The notes beneath the pieces are model-generated. The model saw only the letters and a program-made list of their open reading frames with translations. It was not told where the DNA came from and did not search any database. Source: Girardia tigrina (lineage: Eukaryota). From it: a stretch of 54,861 nt of DNA. Below, one piece after another: positions 14,150 to 25,593 of this stretch (its first letter is position 1; each line of letters begins with the position of its first letter). The translations under genes were made by a program, and so were the position numbers. The stretch is taken from positions 1-54,861 of the forward strand of contig MQRK01245678.1 of assembly GCA_001938485.1 (NCBI GenBank), in the 5' to 3' direction.

Positions 14150-14272
14150 AATGGTTAATATAAACTACTTGTAGTTTATAAGGAGATCTTTTTATACTAA
14201 TATAATTTTGTTCCCATTCTGAGACCTAAAATTTTTTTTGATTAAATTTTCACATAATCATTTATTGCCATC
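14150..14272 (-). repeat. dispersed non-coding repeat (copies at 16600-16800 and 29040-29250)
   Basis: Shares ATTATGT.AAAATTT.ATC, AATGGGA and AGATCT.CTTATAA.....AAGTAGTTTATA blocks with the other two copies. Confidence 0.65.
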
Positions 14273-15341
14273 AATATATATATATATATATATATATTCA
14301 AAAAATGCATAATAAAGAGCTAAGAAAAAGAATGGAATAACTAATTCTTTGTGATGATTTGAATTAATTCACTTCCCTATGTTAAATGTTAACGCAATAA
14401 TTATTAAATTCTTAATTTTTTGTACCCTCAATAAATTCAAATTGCGTATTCAATCTCAGACCATTAATATATAACGACTTCGTAAAGTAGTTGTCGTGAA
14501 TTTATAAACCTGAATTTATAAAAATTATTAATGAAAAAATTATTGCAACTTGTCCAATTAGTTACAATTAAAGTAATGTTAAATAAGTATTTTAACATTT
14601 TCAAGTATACAGTTATTTTTTTCTGAAATTTAACTTTGTATAAAAATTTTCAAATAAAATTTAAGTTAAATAAAAAATTTTGTTTTGAGAAATGCAAAAG
14701 GAAATTCTTGTTTTCTACATTGCTCATCAATATTTTTTAATTATGAATTAATTTAATCTTTTAATAATAATAAATAATTATAATAATAAAGTAATCAAAA
14801 GTAATTAGTTTAATTAACAGTTTTTTAAAATATATTTTTATCGAATTTTAGTTTTCATAATTTTTCTTATAATTTTCAAAGTCACTAAATTTAAATTTAA
14901 ATATTATTTAGATTTTGATTAATGGATTAATGTAAATTGTCGACTATCAGTAAACATACTATTTCAACCTAATGTAAAATTGTCAATTTATAAAATAAAC
15001 AAAAGTTTCAAGATTATTCATTATTCTTTTATTTTTAGTCTTATCATAAAGAGTATTTTGTAAGTGTTATGTGACTAATAAAGTTTGTGATTTGAAAGTA
15101 TTAAACTACAGATGCAAATGTATTGGGATGATGCTAGAAATTAATTATAAATATTTAAAGACATTAAATCTGGTGAATCGGAATTGATATTTACAGTTAT
15201 AATATAATCACTACCAAATTTTAATATAATATTTTAATCAAAATGATAATCAGATAGAAACAATTTAACTTATGTATAAACTGTTAAACTTTTTACCATT
15301 ATTTTTATATATACCATTATTTATATATATATATATATATA

Positions 15342-16568
15342 CAGGGTGTCCCAAAAATATGTATACACATTAAAAATTTAATTTTATTGAATTTTATTTA
15401 TGTTTAACTTTCATTATATTTAATATAAATAGTTTTTNNNNNNNNNNNNNNNNNNNNNNNNNNNNNNNNNNNNNNNNNNNNNNNNNNNNNNNNNNNNNNN
15501 NNNNNNNNNNNNNNNNNNNNNNNNNNNNNNNNNNNNNNNNNNNNNNNNNNNNNNNNNNNNNNNNNNNNNNNNNNNNNNNNNNNNNNNNNNNNNNNNNNNN
15601 NNNNNNNNNNNNNNNNNNNNNNNNNNNNNNNNNNNNNNNNNNNNNNNNNNNNNNNNNNNNNNNNNNNNNNNNNNNNNNNNNNNNNNNNNNNNNNNNNNNN
15701 NNNNNNNNNNNNNNNNNNNNNNNNNNNNNNNNNNNNNNNNNNNNNNNNNNNNNNNNNNNNNNNNNNNNNNNNNNNNNNNNNNNNNNNNNNNNNNNNNNNN
15801 NNNNNNNNNNNNNNNNNNNNNNNNNNNNNNNNNNNNNNNNNNNNNNNNNNNNNNNNNNNNNNNNNNNNNNNNNNNNNNNNNNNNNNNNNNNNNNNNNNNN
15901 NNNNNNNNNNNNNNNNNNNNNNNNNNNNNNNNNNNNNNNNNNNNNNNNNNNNNNNNNNNNNNNNNNNNNNNNNNNNNNNNNNNNNNNNNNNNNNNNNNNN
16001 NNNNNNNNNNNNNNNNNNNNNNNNNNNNNNNNNNNNNNNNNNNNNNNNNNNNNNNNNNNNNNNNNNNNNNNNNNNNNNNNNNNNNNNNNNNNNNNNNNNN
16101 NNNNNNNNNNNNNNNNNNNNNNNNNNNNNNNNNNNNNNNNNNNNNNNNNNNNNNNNNNNNNNNNNNNNNNNNNNNNNNNNNNNNNNNNNNNNNNNNNNNN
16201 NNNNNNNNNNNNNNNNNNNNNNNNNNNNACGAAGAGGTTTTGTTGAATATCCTCCCCGTTCACCAGACCTAACACCACTAGATTTTTTCTTATGGGGATA
16301 CTTAAAAGACAAAGTCTACGCTAAGAAACCTGCAACAATCGCTGAATAGAGAGAAGCAATTGAACATGAATGCAGCAAAATACCAAGGGAAATGTTTGTT
16401 GATGTGTGCGATTCCATTGCTTCGCGTTGTCAGAAGTGTCTGGATCAAGATGGACGTCAGTTTGAGAACAAACTGTGACCAATATAAATAAATATTACTT
16501 GTAGTTATTTTTACTTTTTTAATCAATAAAATTAAATTTTTAATGTGTATACATATTTTTGGGACACC

Positions 16569-16571
<3 letters not shown>
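15342..16571 (+). mobile_element. Tc1/mariner rosa/DD41D-type transposon inserted in (TA)n; centre is an N gap
   Basis: About 50-bp TIRs CAGGGTGTCCCAAAAATATGTATACAC. C-terminus reads PRSPDLTPLDFFLWGYLKDKVY...GRQFE. Confidence 0.85.
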
Positions 16572-16599
<28 letters not shown>

Positions 16600-16608
<9 letters not shown>

Positions 16609-16800
16609 TGAAGGCCTTTTAGTTAATCAATTTTCTTCAAACTTTGCACACGTATTCATTCTCGATGACAAAAAATGATTATGTGAAAATTTGATCGAAA
16701 AAAAATTTTTAAGTCACAAAATGGGATAAAGCAGAAAATTCGGAGTTCCTGAACAATATTAGTAAAACAGATCTACTTATAATTTATAAGTAGTTTATAA
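16600..16800 (+). repeat. dispersed non-coding repeat, possibly Helitron/DINE-like
   Basis: Clear similarity to 29040-29250, including the TTCTTCAAACTTTGCACA motif. Family assignment is a guess. Confidence 0.65.
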
Positions 16801-18151
16801 TACGCAAAAAAGTATTAATATAAATATTGATAATAATTATAAATGTAATAGTAAATTTCCTTTCTGCAAAAGATCACAAAAATGTCTTGGCCAAATAGAG
16901 TTCTGCTAGCATAAAGAATGAATATATTTTTTTTGATTTACTAGCTTTGTATATAAACTAAACTGTATATAGTTACATGAAATATTTAAATTAAAAGTAA
17001 CTCAATTTATGTACTAATCAATTTAAATTAATATACCAGTGTTCGGAATTTAAATTCGAATTAATAATATTTTTGTTATTGTTATTTATATTTGAATTTC
17101 CTCTCCTGTAAAGGCTATTTCCAATCGGCATATTCATATGACAATTTGTGATATTTTATTGCTTTATGTTTTTTATTTATATATTTAATGTCAGATTTAA
17201 AAAGAAATTTAAATTAAATATAAAAAACAAAGAATTAACAAATTTGAATTGAGATCATGTGATCTTTGTTCATTTTAAAATCGACCAAAGGTCATGTTTT
17301 TTATTTTCATTTACGACAAATATACACATTTTCCATATCGAGTAAAATCGTGCATGTGTGTTGAAGCTGGTGTCCGAATGGTGATCCGAGAGAGAGAAAA
17401 AACTGATTGAAATGAATATCACATACTAATTGACTAGCCAATCAGAGCGAGTATATGATTCAAGTGAAATTAATTTTCACTTTTTATGAATTAGGATTTA
17501 ATTTCTGATTTATTATTCTGGAATTTATGTTTCTTCGATTCAACTTATTCGTTCTGTAATAAAACGACACTGAATTATTTTTGATCGAGCGTTTTTGAAT
17601 TTATTTTTCATGATTCAAGTGATTTTTTTGTGATAAAACCGATATCCTTTTTATTTTTGAATTCAATTTTTTTAAAGATTTTTTTTGAATTTGATATTTT
17701 CTTGAGTGACAGTCAAATTTTGAAAAATCTTAAATTTTCTGACTTCAAAATGAACTTATCAACTGATTAAAAAACAAAAAGGGCCCTGCACTTCGCGCGT
17801 GGACTCCTATTTCGACAGCACACCTCTGATACTACCGTTTGGTCTTTGAGACAACCTGGGGATTGTCCGGAACAACCCGTATTTGATTTTTCTAAGATGA
17901 TTTGAAACAATAAATAAGAATACCATCATCAACTAAGAAAACATTTGTGGGATAAACCTCAATTTTCAGATGTAATGCAGTACGTTAAATTGAATTAATT
18001 GTTCAACAGACAATTCAAAATATTTGATGACATATTTGACCATATTGAAGACCGCTTGTTCAGTATTTGTAAAATACTCCGTATTTTTTTATCTTTGTCA
18101 TAAAATTTAACAACATGTGAGTGGCAATGGAATATTTATTTACAATATGGA

Positions 18152-18260
18152 TGTGAGGAATATTTTTGAATGGTGTTTATTGTGTGTTGTTTGGTATGTT
18201 GTTTTAGGATTGTGTTCTCCCACCAAACCCTATTTTTTCAAGATAAGATTTTTTTAAGAA
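18152..18260 (+). mobile_element. LTR head fragment (TGTGAGGAATATTT...TTCTCCCACC)
   Basis: Both conserved head motifs are present. Confidence 0.6.
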
Positions 18261-18289
18261 TTAATATTGCATTATAAGTGGTAAACGAA

Positions 18290-18750
18290 AGTTAAACTCC
18301 CATTAGCGTTTCAATAAATTTACCATCAACAGAATTCCAATCCCCTTTGTCGACAACAGACACCCCATCAAATTCCTCGGATCACCGGTAACTCACAACC
18401 AATACACAAACCCAAGATCCAAATTTGACGAAATCATGGATTACCTAAAGAAAGTCGAGAAAAGCGACATATCCCAGACAAAAATTCTCTACATATAGGT
18501 TTTTTCTACACACGAAGTTACCTTTCTACCTTAGGTCTAACAAAATCGCCATGAACAACTTCTCAAACAACAAAGATATCAAAATAAGAACAGAAGTTCA
18601 TGAAATTACCCCTGAACACCAGCGACCACTTCTTCTTCACAACAACCGCTGAAGGAGGAGCTGGACTCAGAAGAATGGTGGACGAATACGCAGTCCATTT
18701 GATCATGTACATTTATCGTCTCGCCAATATTAAGGACCCTGTAGAAACAC
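18290..18750 (+). mobile_element. RLE-type (NeSL/R2-like) non-LTR retrotransposon, RT C-terminal/thumb fragment
   Basis: Translates PIKFLGSPV...KKVEKSDISQTK and LNTSDHFFFTTTAEGGAGLRRMVDEY, matching the GGxGL thumb motif. Confidence 0.6.
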
Positions 18751-18759
18751 ATTTCTACT

Positions 18760-21460
18760 TATAAAAAAAATTAATAATTAAATTATTAATTTTTAAATTT
18801 GTTTAAATATTCACTTTTTGTAAAAATAAAATTTTTAAATCAAGCGTGTTTTTTTCATTTTTATAAATGTCGTCTTCAAATGGTGTCAGAAGCGACAAAA
18901 TTGGACATATGTCGTCAAGAATGGACTCCACAATCAGAATTCCACAGTATTTTGATAATCCTCAAATATGGTTCCAACAGGTAGAAGCAATTTTCACTAC
19001 TGGGAATATCGTCAAAGAAGAAACAAAATACTACCACCTTCTTGCCAGCCTTACTCCAAGCATCCTGCTCTCAGTACAAGATCAACTAACCATTTCATCA
19101 AGCACCCCATACTCGGATTTAAAACGAAGAATAATCAAACTCAAGCAAAAGTCAAAGGCATACCATCTACAAAAACTGTTGGATCAGAAGAACATCGATG
19201 ACTTAAAACTGACAGAAATTCTACAAAAAATCAAACGAAACGTTTCAGAACTGCAATCAAGTTCAACAAATGACGATTCACTTTTAATACGTAATCTCTT
19301 TATTAGATCTTTACCCTCTCACATTCAGCTCCATCTAACAACCCAAAATGACAAAGATTTTGATGATCTAGCTGAAATGGCTAACCTACTGATGGGATTA
19401 TCTCACAACTCAACAATCAACACGGTTACAAGCCAGTCAGAATTACGAGAATCACAATTGGTTGCAGAGATATCTATTTTAAGAGAGGAGATCAACGCAC
19501 TCAAACAAAGAAGCTTTAGAGATACAACAAACCATACAATCTGCTATTATCATAATCGCTTCGGTTCCAAAGCTATTAAATGCCAACAACCTTGTAAATG
19601 GAACAACAATACTTCGGGAAAAGGGACTGGTTCCTTGTAAAGCCGGCTCAGGGAACCGAATCAACTCAAAAACCGGCCTCAATCTCCAGCATTTTCACAA
19701 TTCCTGAAAAAACTCAGAAGTGCCTAATTAATTTTCTCATAGACTCTGGTGCCGATGTCAGCGTTCTGCCCTCAAAACAATTTCAACCTGACAATTCAAA
19801 CTCAAATGAAAAGTTAACTTCAGCAAGCAACTTTCAATTAAAGTTTATGGAAAGTCGATGACTTTTCAATTAGTTGAACTCGAGCGACAATTTCAGTGGA
19901 AGTTTGTGGTTGCAGATGTCAACCGACCAATCCTAGGATCGGATTTCCTAGCATAACCCCATGCCATTGTTGATTGTGAAACAACCAAATTTGAATCGAT
20001 GAAAACGTTATACATGGCTCAAGCAGATCAATCGAAACTATAGCTATTGATCAATTGCACAATGTAAGTTCAAAACTTTATATCGAAACTGAAGGAAAGC
20101 CAATTTTTCAACGAGCCCGACGCATAGGTGGGAAAATACTTGAATCAGTCCGTCAAGAATTTGAGAACATGCTGCAAAAAAAATTATCAGAGAGAGCAAA
20201 AGCGAATGGGCCTCACCACTAGTAGTGGTAAAAAAAGGTGATGGCTCTTACAGGCCATGTGGTGACTACCGACTATTAAATCAAAGAACGAAGCCCAACC
20301 GCTACCGACTACCGCGCATGTAAGATATACTCAGTGCCGTCAGTAACTGCAAAATATTCTCGACTATTGATTTGGAGAAATCCTACCACCAAATTCCGAT
20401 CCATGAAGAGGACAAACATAAAACGGCGATTATCACTCAATTCGGACTTTATGAATACAACTTCATGCCATTCGGACTGAAAAACGCCTCCCAAACTTTC
20501 CAACGGTACATAGATCAAATTCTAAGACCGTTTCGAGCATTTGCATTGTCATATATTGATGACATAATAATATTCTCGCCTGATCAAAACAGTCACAAAC
20601 AAATCTCGCTGCCGTCAGAACAGCATTACAACAGAATGGACTGAAAATCAATGAAAACAAATGCAAATTCCATCAACATAATGTGAACTTTCTGGGTTTT
20701 AACATCTCGTGTGAGAAATTACAACCAATTCAAGACAAGATTGACCAGTTATTGAATCTAAAAGCTCCAGCAAATGGCAAAGCACTGAAACGCTTCATTG
20801 GAACAGTAACTTTCTATCAGTGTATGATACCACATTTATCACAAATAATATCACCTTTACATGATTTAGCCGCATCAGCCAACAACAAGAGGAAGCTGTT
20901 TAATTAGACGACAGAACACCAAGAAGCATTCGAAACGTGTAAACAGAGTCTATCAAATATTACCTCGATGACAATACCCAATCAGGAGAAAATCATGGTA
21001 CTATACAGGGACGCTTCAACTAACGCAATCGGTGCAAGTCTTAACCAATACATTACATCAGAAAAACTGCAGCCAATAGCCTTCTTCTCTCGCAAACTCA
21101 ATGGAGCAGAAAAGAAATACTCAGCATTTGACAGAGAACTCCTAGCGGTATATCTCTCGATCAAACACTTTAAACATCATTTAGAAGGAACCAAATTCAT
21201 TCTGCGAACCGATCACAAACCAATACTGCACATTCATAGCATGAAAGAACCATCCAACAGACAATGGAGATGGATCGAATTCATTACTAGTTTCTCATTC
21301 GACATGCAACATGTGGTAGGAAAATCAAACACAATTGCAGACTACCTATCAAGACCAGATCATGAGATATCTAATTTGAATCGAATATCAACTCAAGAAT
21401 TAGCCAGAGAGCAAGTCACTGATCCAAGTCTTCGACCACTACCTTGACGTTCAGATGGAC
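18760..21460 (+). mobile_element. CsRn1-clade gypsy element: intact gag 18867-19640, degraded PR-RT-RH, 3'-truncated
   Basis: Gag P.IWFQQVEAIF and CHCC motif CYYHNRFG..A.KC..PC. Protease FLIDSGADVS, RT RPCGDYRLLN, MPFGLKNA, YIDD, RNase H DAS and DRELLA. PBS TGGTGTCAGAAG (tRNA-Leu type) at 18881. Confidence 0.92.
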
Positions 21461-21464
21461 CTTA

Positions 21465-21880
21465 TAGAACGTTTCCACAAAAAGGAAGTCAAAATTTTAC
21501 CCTTTGTCGTCGGATGTCTTGGAAGATGGCACCCGGACAACACAACTCTACTTCACGCCGTTGGATGACATGACGATGAAGTTTAGACATACGCGACTAG
21601 AATTGCAAAACGAAATATTGAAATATGCGCCAAGCATTATAGCCAAGACCTCCTCTATATATCTGACGAGGAAATAATCAGAGAAGGCACTGCTTAACTA
21701 CATTCAGTCAAAACTTCAGTAGTTGCACCCTGTAAGAGAGTGCAACTCTTCGCCGTGACGAAGCGAAGGCAGAGGCGCAAGCCATCAGTCGGTCATCAAG
21801 ACATCTACACGAAAGTGTAGACATTCTTGTATTTGATTTAACTACACCTAAGCGGTGCGTTTAAATTAAATTAAATCTGT
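21465..21880 (+). mobile_element. RLE-type (NeSL/R5-like) non-LTR retrotransposon 3' end with structured 3' UTR
   Basis: KILPFVVGCLGRWHPDN resembles the RLE C-terminal VVG.LG.W.P.N motif. Hairpins follow downstream. Confidence 0.7.
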
Positions 21881-22259
21881 TATATTCTACTCTACCAAAA
21901 ATTTATAAAAGTAATTTTTAACAGTTCAAAATTACTGCAATCTAAATAGTCAAATTGAAAATTTGGAGTTTTTCCGGTGGTGCATCAGTTTTTTTTAGAA
22001 AAAAAGTTAATGTCAGCCTGTCCCTGTGTATGAAGATAGTTTGTGAAATGTTTTATTTTATTTAGTCAAACCGTCCAACAGACTAAGATACCATCTTTCA
22101 AATCAGCAGTAATTTATCTTGATCAAAAATTCAAGAAAGAATTGAAAATGAGTAAAATGAAACCAGGTTTTTAATTTTTAAAATTTATTTCAGTATATAA
22201 TTTAGCGCTTAACCCGATCCTGGCTAAATTAATATTACATTAAGTTTATAATTCAAAGA

Positions 22260-22415
22260 GGGCCTCCTATCTCTTTCAATGGTATTGAGCCTAAGGCTCT
22301 TTAGAGAGTCCGCCAAAACTAAAGTCCTTAAGGGCCCTCCGCTAGGCCTCCTACGAGATCAGTGACTTTCTGCCTCTGAGCAGTCGGCTTTCCAGTGATG
22401 AATGACCAACCATGG
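22260..22415 (-). repeat. GC-rich structured 155-bp element, copy A
   Basis: Near-identical to 23414-23567, with internal inverted repeats. Confidence 0.8.
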
Positions 22416-22419
22416 CCAC

Positions 22420-22838
22420 CGACATGTTCAAACTGTCACCCGGGAGAATCTTCTTTTGACCAAGCAACAGCCATGCGTCACATCTCCCCACACCAAACAC
22501 TCGGTGCAACTCACTTTTGATTTCCTTGGCATTTCTCTGTTGATCCGGCGATAAGCCCTTCCACGTGTCGTATGCCAGCCCGTCAAAAAGCATGACCAAG
22601 TATGAAAAGTCTTTTTCTATTAGCCAGTCTAACTCGATGGTAAACTTTAATCTGTCGATCCAACGTTCGACGTCCTCTCCACCATCAAATTTCTTCAAAT
22701 TACTGAGTGCTTTCATAACCGCGATAGCTTGTAAAATAAGATGATTTTTTCGATTTACAAAAAACTATATTATTCAAACAAATTAGAATTAATCCAATTA
22801 ATTACAAATTAAATTTGAAAAAATCTCAATTTATTACA
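22420..22838 (-). mobile_element. gypsy 5' fragment: 109-bp LTR (22838-22730), atypical PBS, gag N-terminus
   Basis: TGTAATAA...TTTTACA LTR. Gag KFDGGEDVERWI..L...L.G.A is homologous to the gag at 51065. Confidence 0.75.
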
Positions 22839-23059
22839 CAAAACATGTAAAAAAACCAACTGTAAAATTTGTATTCATAGTTATTTAAAATTCTTCCTTG
22901 GTGGCAAACTGAATTGAAAGCGTGTATTGTTAAAACCTTGTTTTCCTACTAACTTGATAATTTTTCATATTAAATGCATATTTTTACATATTAAATTGAT
23001 TTTTTTTCATATTAATAAGAAATTAAAAAAATAATAGTAAATTCTTATCAAGAACGCCA

Positions 23060-23390
23060 TTAAATTAAAATTTTATTATCGCAATATATTTCGGTGGATT
23101 TTCCACCATCTTCAGGCTGAATTAACAACAATTTTGCTGTCTTATATATAGCAAATCGATGATTATCCAAACATCTGCGTAATAATTAATTAAATATTTT
23201 CAAAGTGGAAGAGAGACTTTTTGGACATTAATGGACGGATTAAGTGATTTAATCAATAATGCCTCACAAGTAACTCTTTCCCAATAATTTTTAAAATTAT
23301 TTGTTTTACCTCCGATCTACAAACATTCATATGTCCAGCATTATTACTACCATTACCCAATCGCCAATGTTCCTGAATCCGTTTAGAGAG
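23060..23390 (-). mobile_element. Penelope-like element 3' fragment (GIY-YIG tail and pLTR)
   Basis: KRIQEH...YWERVTCEALLIKSLNPSINVQ followed by a hammerhead motif. Confidence 0.75.
23081..23117 (-). ncRNA. minimal type I hammerhead ribozyme
   Basis: Minus strand: GC CTGAAGA TGGTGG-AAAAT-CCACC GAAA TATAT T GC. Confidence 0.75.
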
Positions 23391-23413
23391 ATGATGAGAC
23401 GTCTCTCCAATGT

Positions 23414-23567
23414 GGGCCTCCCATCTCTGTAATGGTATTGAGCCTAAGGCTCTTTAGAGGTACACCCAAACTAAAGTCCTTAAGGGCCCCCCGATAGGCC
23501 TCCTACGGGGTCAGTGGCCTTCCGCCTCTGAGCAGTCGGCTTGCCAGTAACGAACGACCAACCATGG
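23414..23567 (-). repeat. GC-rich structured 155-bp element, copy B
   Basis: Second copy of 22260-22415. Lies downstream of the zinc-finger ORF across an N gap. Confidence 0.8.
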
Positions 23568-23650
23568 AACTTGGTACCATGNNNNNNNNNNNNNNNNNNN
23601 NNNNNNNNNNNNNNNNNNNNNNNNNNNNNNNNNNNNNNNNNNNNNNNNNN

Positions 23651-24245
23651 GGCAGTCGGTATTGTAGGTGCGTCTCTTCGGCATCGTCGTTCGGCTGTAT
23701 CCTCGGCATACTCACAGTTGCGTCCGGTAACTGAGGATTGGATTGGTTTGATGTCGGCTCTTCCTTGTTTTCTTCTTCCAAGTTTTTTTCTCTCTGGGCG
23801 TTGGATGTTGGCGTTTCTTGATGATTCTTCTGAATATGAATCCTTAGGAAACCAGCGGCCTTGTATTCCATCGGACAGTGTTGACACTGATATTTTCCTT
23901 TCTTCTGACGTGGCTGGGCTTTCTTCTCTTTCTTCTTCCGCGGGATTGGCTCTGCTCCTTCGTGATCTCTTCTGAGATGCCTGTTTAACTCCTTCACTTC
24001 CGCATANNNNNNNNNNNNNNNNNNNNNNNNNNNNNNNNNNNNNNNNNNNNNNNNNNNNNNNNNNNNNNNNNNNNNNNNNNNNNNNNNNNNNNNNNNNNNN
24101 NNNNNNNNNNNNNNNNNNNNNNNNTTTTCCTGCAGAACGTCTCTTTTAAATTCACCGAAACTGTACTCGGCTCCAAAGAGCCAGTGAGCATCCACTCTGA
24201 GACATTCTACCAGATGTTGCTTTCTCCGACCGCTGATCTTCTTAT
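23651..24245 (-). mobile_element. C2H2 zinc-finger ORF fragment, probable N-terminus of an RLE non-LTR retrotransposon
   Basis: YQCQHCPMEYKAAGFLRIHIQKNH plus a preceding LNRHLRRDH finger end. Interrupted by N gaps. Confidence 0.55.
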
Positions 24246-24341
24246 GTGTATGTGACGTTGCACTCATTACTCGAAAATTGATAAACCCCACGGCGAAATT
24301 AATATAAAGGTTAATTAAAGGTTCTTCTCCAATATATGTAG

Positions 24342-24890
24342 CGTTGCACTCATTACACGAAAATTGATAAACCCCACGGCGAAATTAATGTAAAGGTTCA
24401 TTTCGGTGAGCTGTGATGTGACCTTGTCTGGTTTTCCCGGACGAGTGCAACATCAACCCGTCTGAAGGTGTTCGCATCTGGGCGGAGTTTGAGCGATCGT
24501 GTAAAGACCCGAAAGATGGTGAACTATGTTTGTGCAGGTTGAAGTCAGAGGAAACTCAGATGGAGGACCACCGCAGTTCTGACGTGCAAATCAATCGTCG
24601 GACATGAGTATAGGGGTGAAAGAATAATCGAACCATCTAGTAGCTGGTTCCTTCCGAAGTTTCCCTCAGGATAGCTGGCGTTTATGATTCCGTAGTTGAA
24701 CCTGGTAAAACGAATGATTAAAAGTATTGGGGGCGAAATGCTTTCAACTTATTCTCAAACTTTAAATGGGTTCGAAGTGTGCCTCTCTTTAATATTTTTG
24801 TTGGAGGTGTACATCGAATACAAATGCCTAGTGGGTCATTTTTGGTAAGCAGAACTGGCGATGTGGGATGAACCAAACATGCGCTCAAAG
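24342..24890 (+). pseudogene. 28S (LSU) rRNA fragment, D3 region and downstream core, degenerate
   Basis: GACCCGAAAGATGGTGAACTATG, ATCGAACCATCTAGTAGCTGGTTCC, GTTTCCCTCAGGATAGCTGG, TTTTGGTAAGCAGAACTGGCGATG. Substitutions occur in conserved positions, and both ends are truncated. Confidence 0.93.
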
Positions 24891-25320
24891 GAATATGAGA
24901 TTTATTGCTGAACATACTTTGAATTTTGTAAGATTTAGAAATGATTTTCAAATTGAAATTTTTATTATCGATTGATTTTAAAATAGACGATTTAAATTTT
25001 TTGTAACCTTCTGAATAAGAAATGATTAGCGTACATCCAATATTAGACTTTATTAGATAATTTATCGGGTTTTAATTCCTCTTTACCCTCATGTTCTTTA
25101 TTCATTAATTTATTCATTAATGTCTCATTAGTTAGTTTCTCAAAAAATGATTTCGAATATCCATTTTTCTGCAGTAGTTTATCTATGCATGCATCTACTT
25201 TTTCATATGTTGATGATAAATACAAACATCTAAATAACAAACCTTATATCATTCTTCTATTATACTTAGGTTCACAGAAACTTTTGGTAGTAGTATATAA
25301 CCCTGTATCTGTCGATTTTC
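24890..25320 (-). mobile_element. Penelope-like element RT-thumb/linker fragment
   Basis: KSTDTGLY...LFRCLYLSSTY...LQKNGYSKSF, then KIISKSYKIQSMFSNKSHIPL, homologous to the linker at 33600-33670. Confidence 0.75.
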
Positions 25321-25593
25321 TTATTAAATTGATTTTTTTCATACCAAATATATTTTTTTCATGAATTAAAAAATTTTTATTTGGCAAAAATTGCCTAATT
25401 CACGAATTCAACACAACAGATCACACTTGATTAAGCTAAATATTTTATAAATAAACTTACCAAGGACCAAAACTAATTTTAGCTTTATATTTTACTATTT
25501 TTATAAAGTGCCCACTGACCCACCATGTGTTGTACAAAAGTTACACTATGCCCGAATATTATCCGCGACTCAAAAACGTTGCCAACGCTGGTC

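Noticed and set aside
15394-16312. Long ORFs of about 300 aa, and similar ones at 23480-24291 and 31940-32350
   Set aside because: They are open only because they run through N gaps.
24342-24890. Functional rRNA gene or canonical R2/R5 insertion
   Set aside because: Truncated and mutated in conserved positions, and it does not include the R2 target region.
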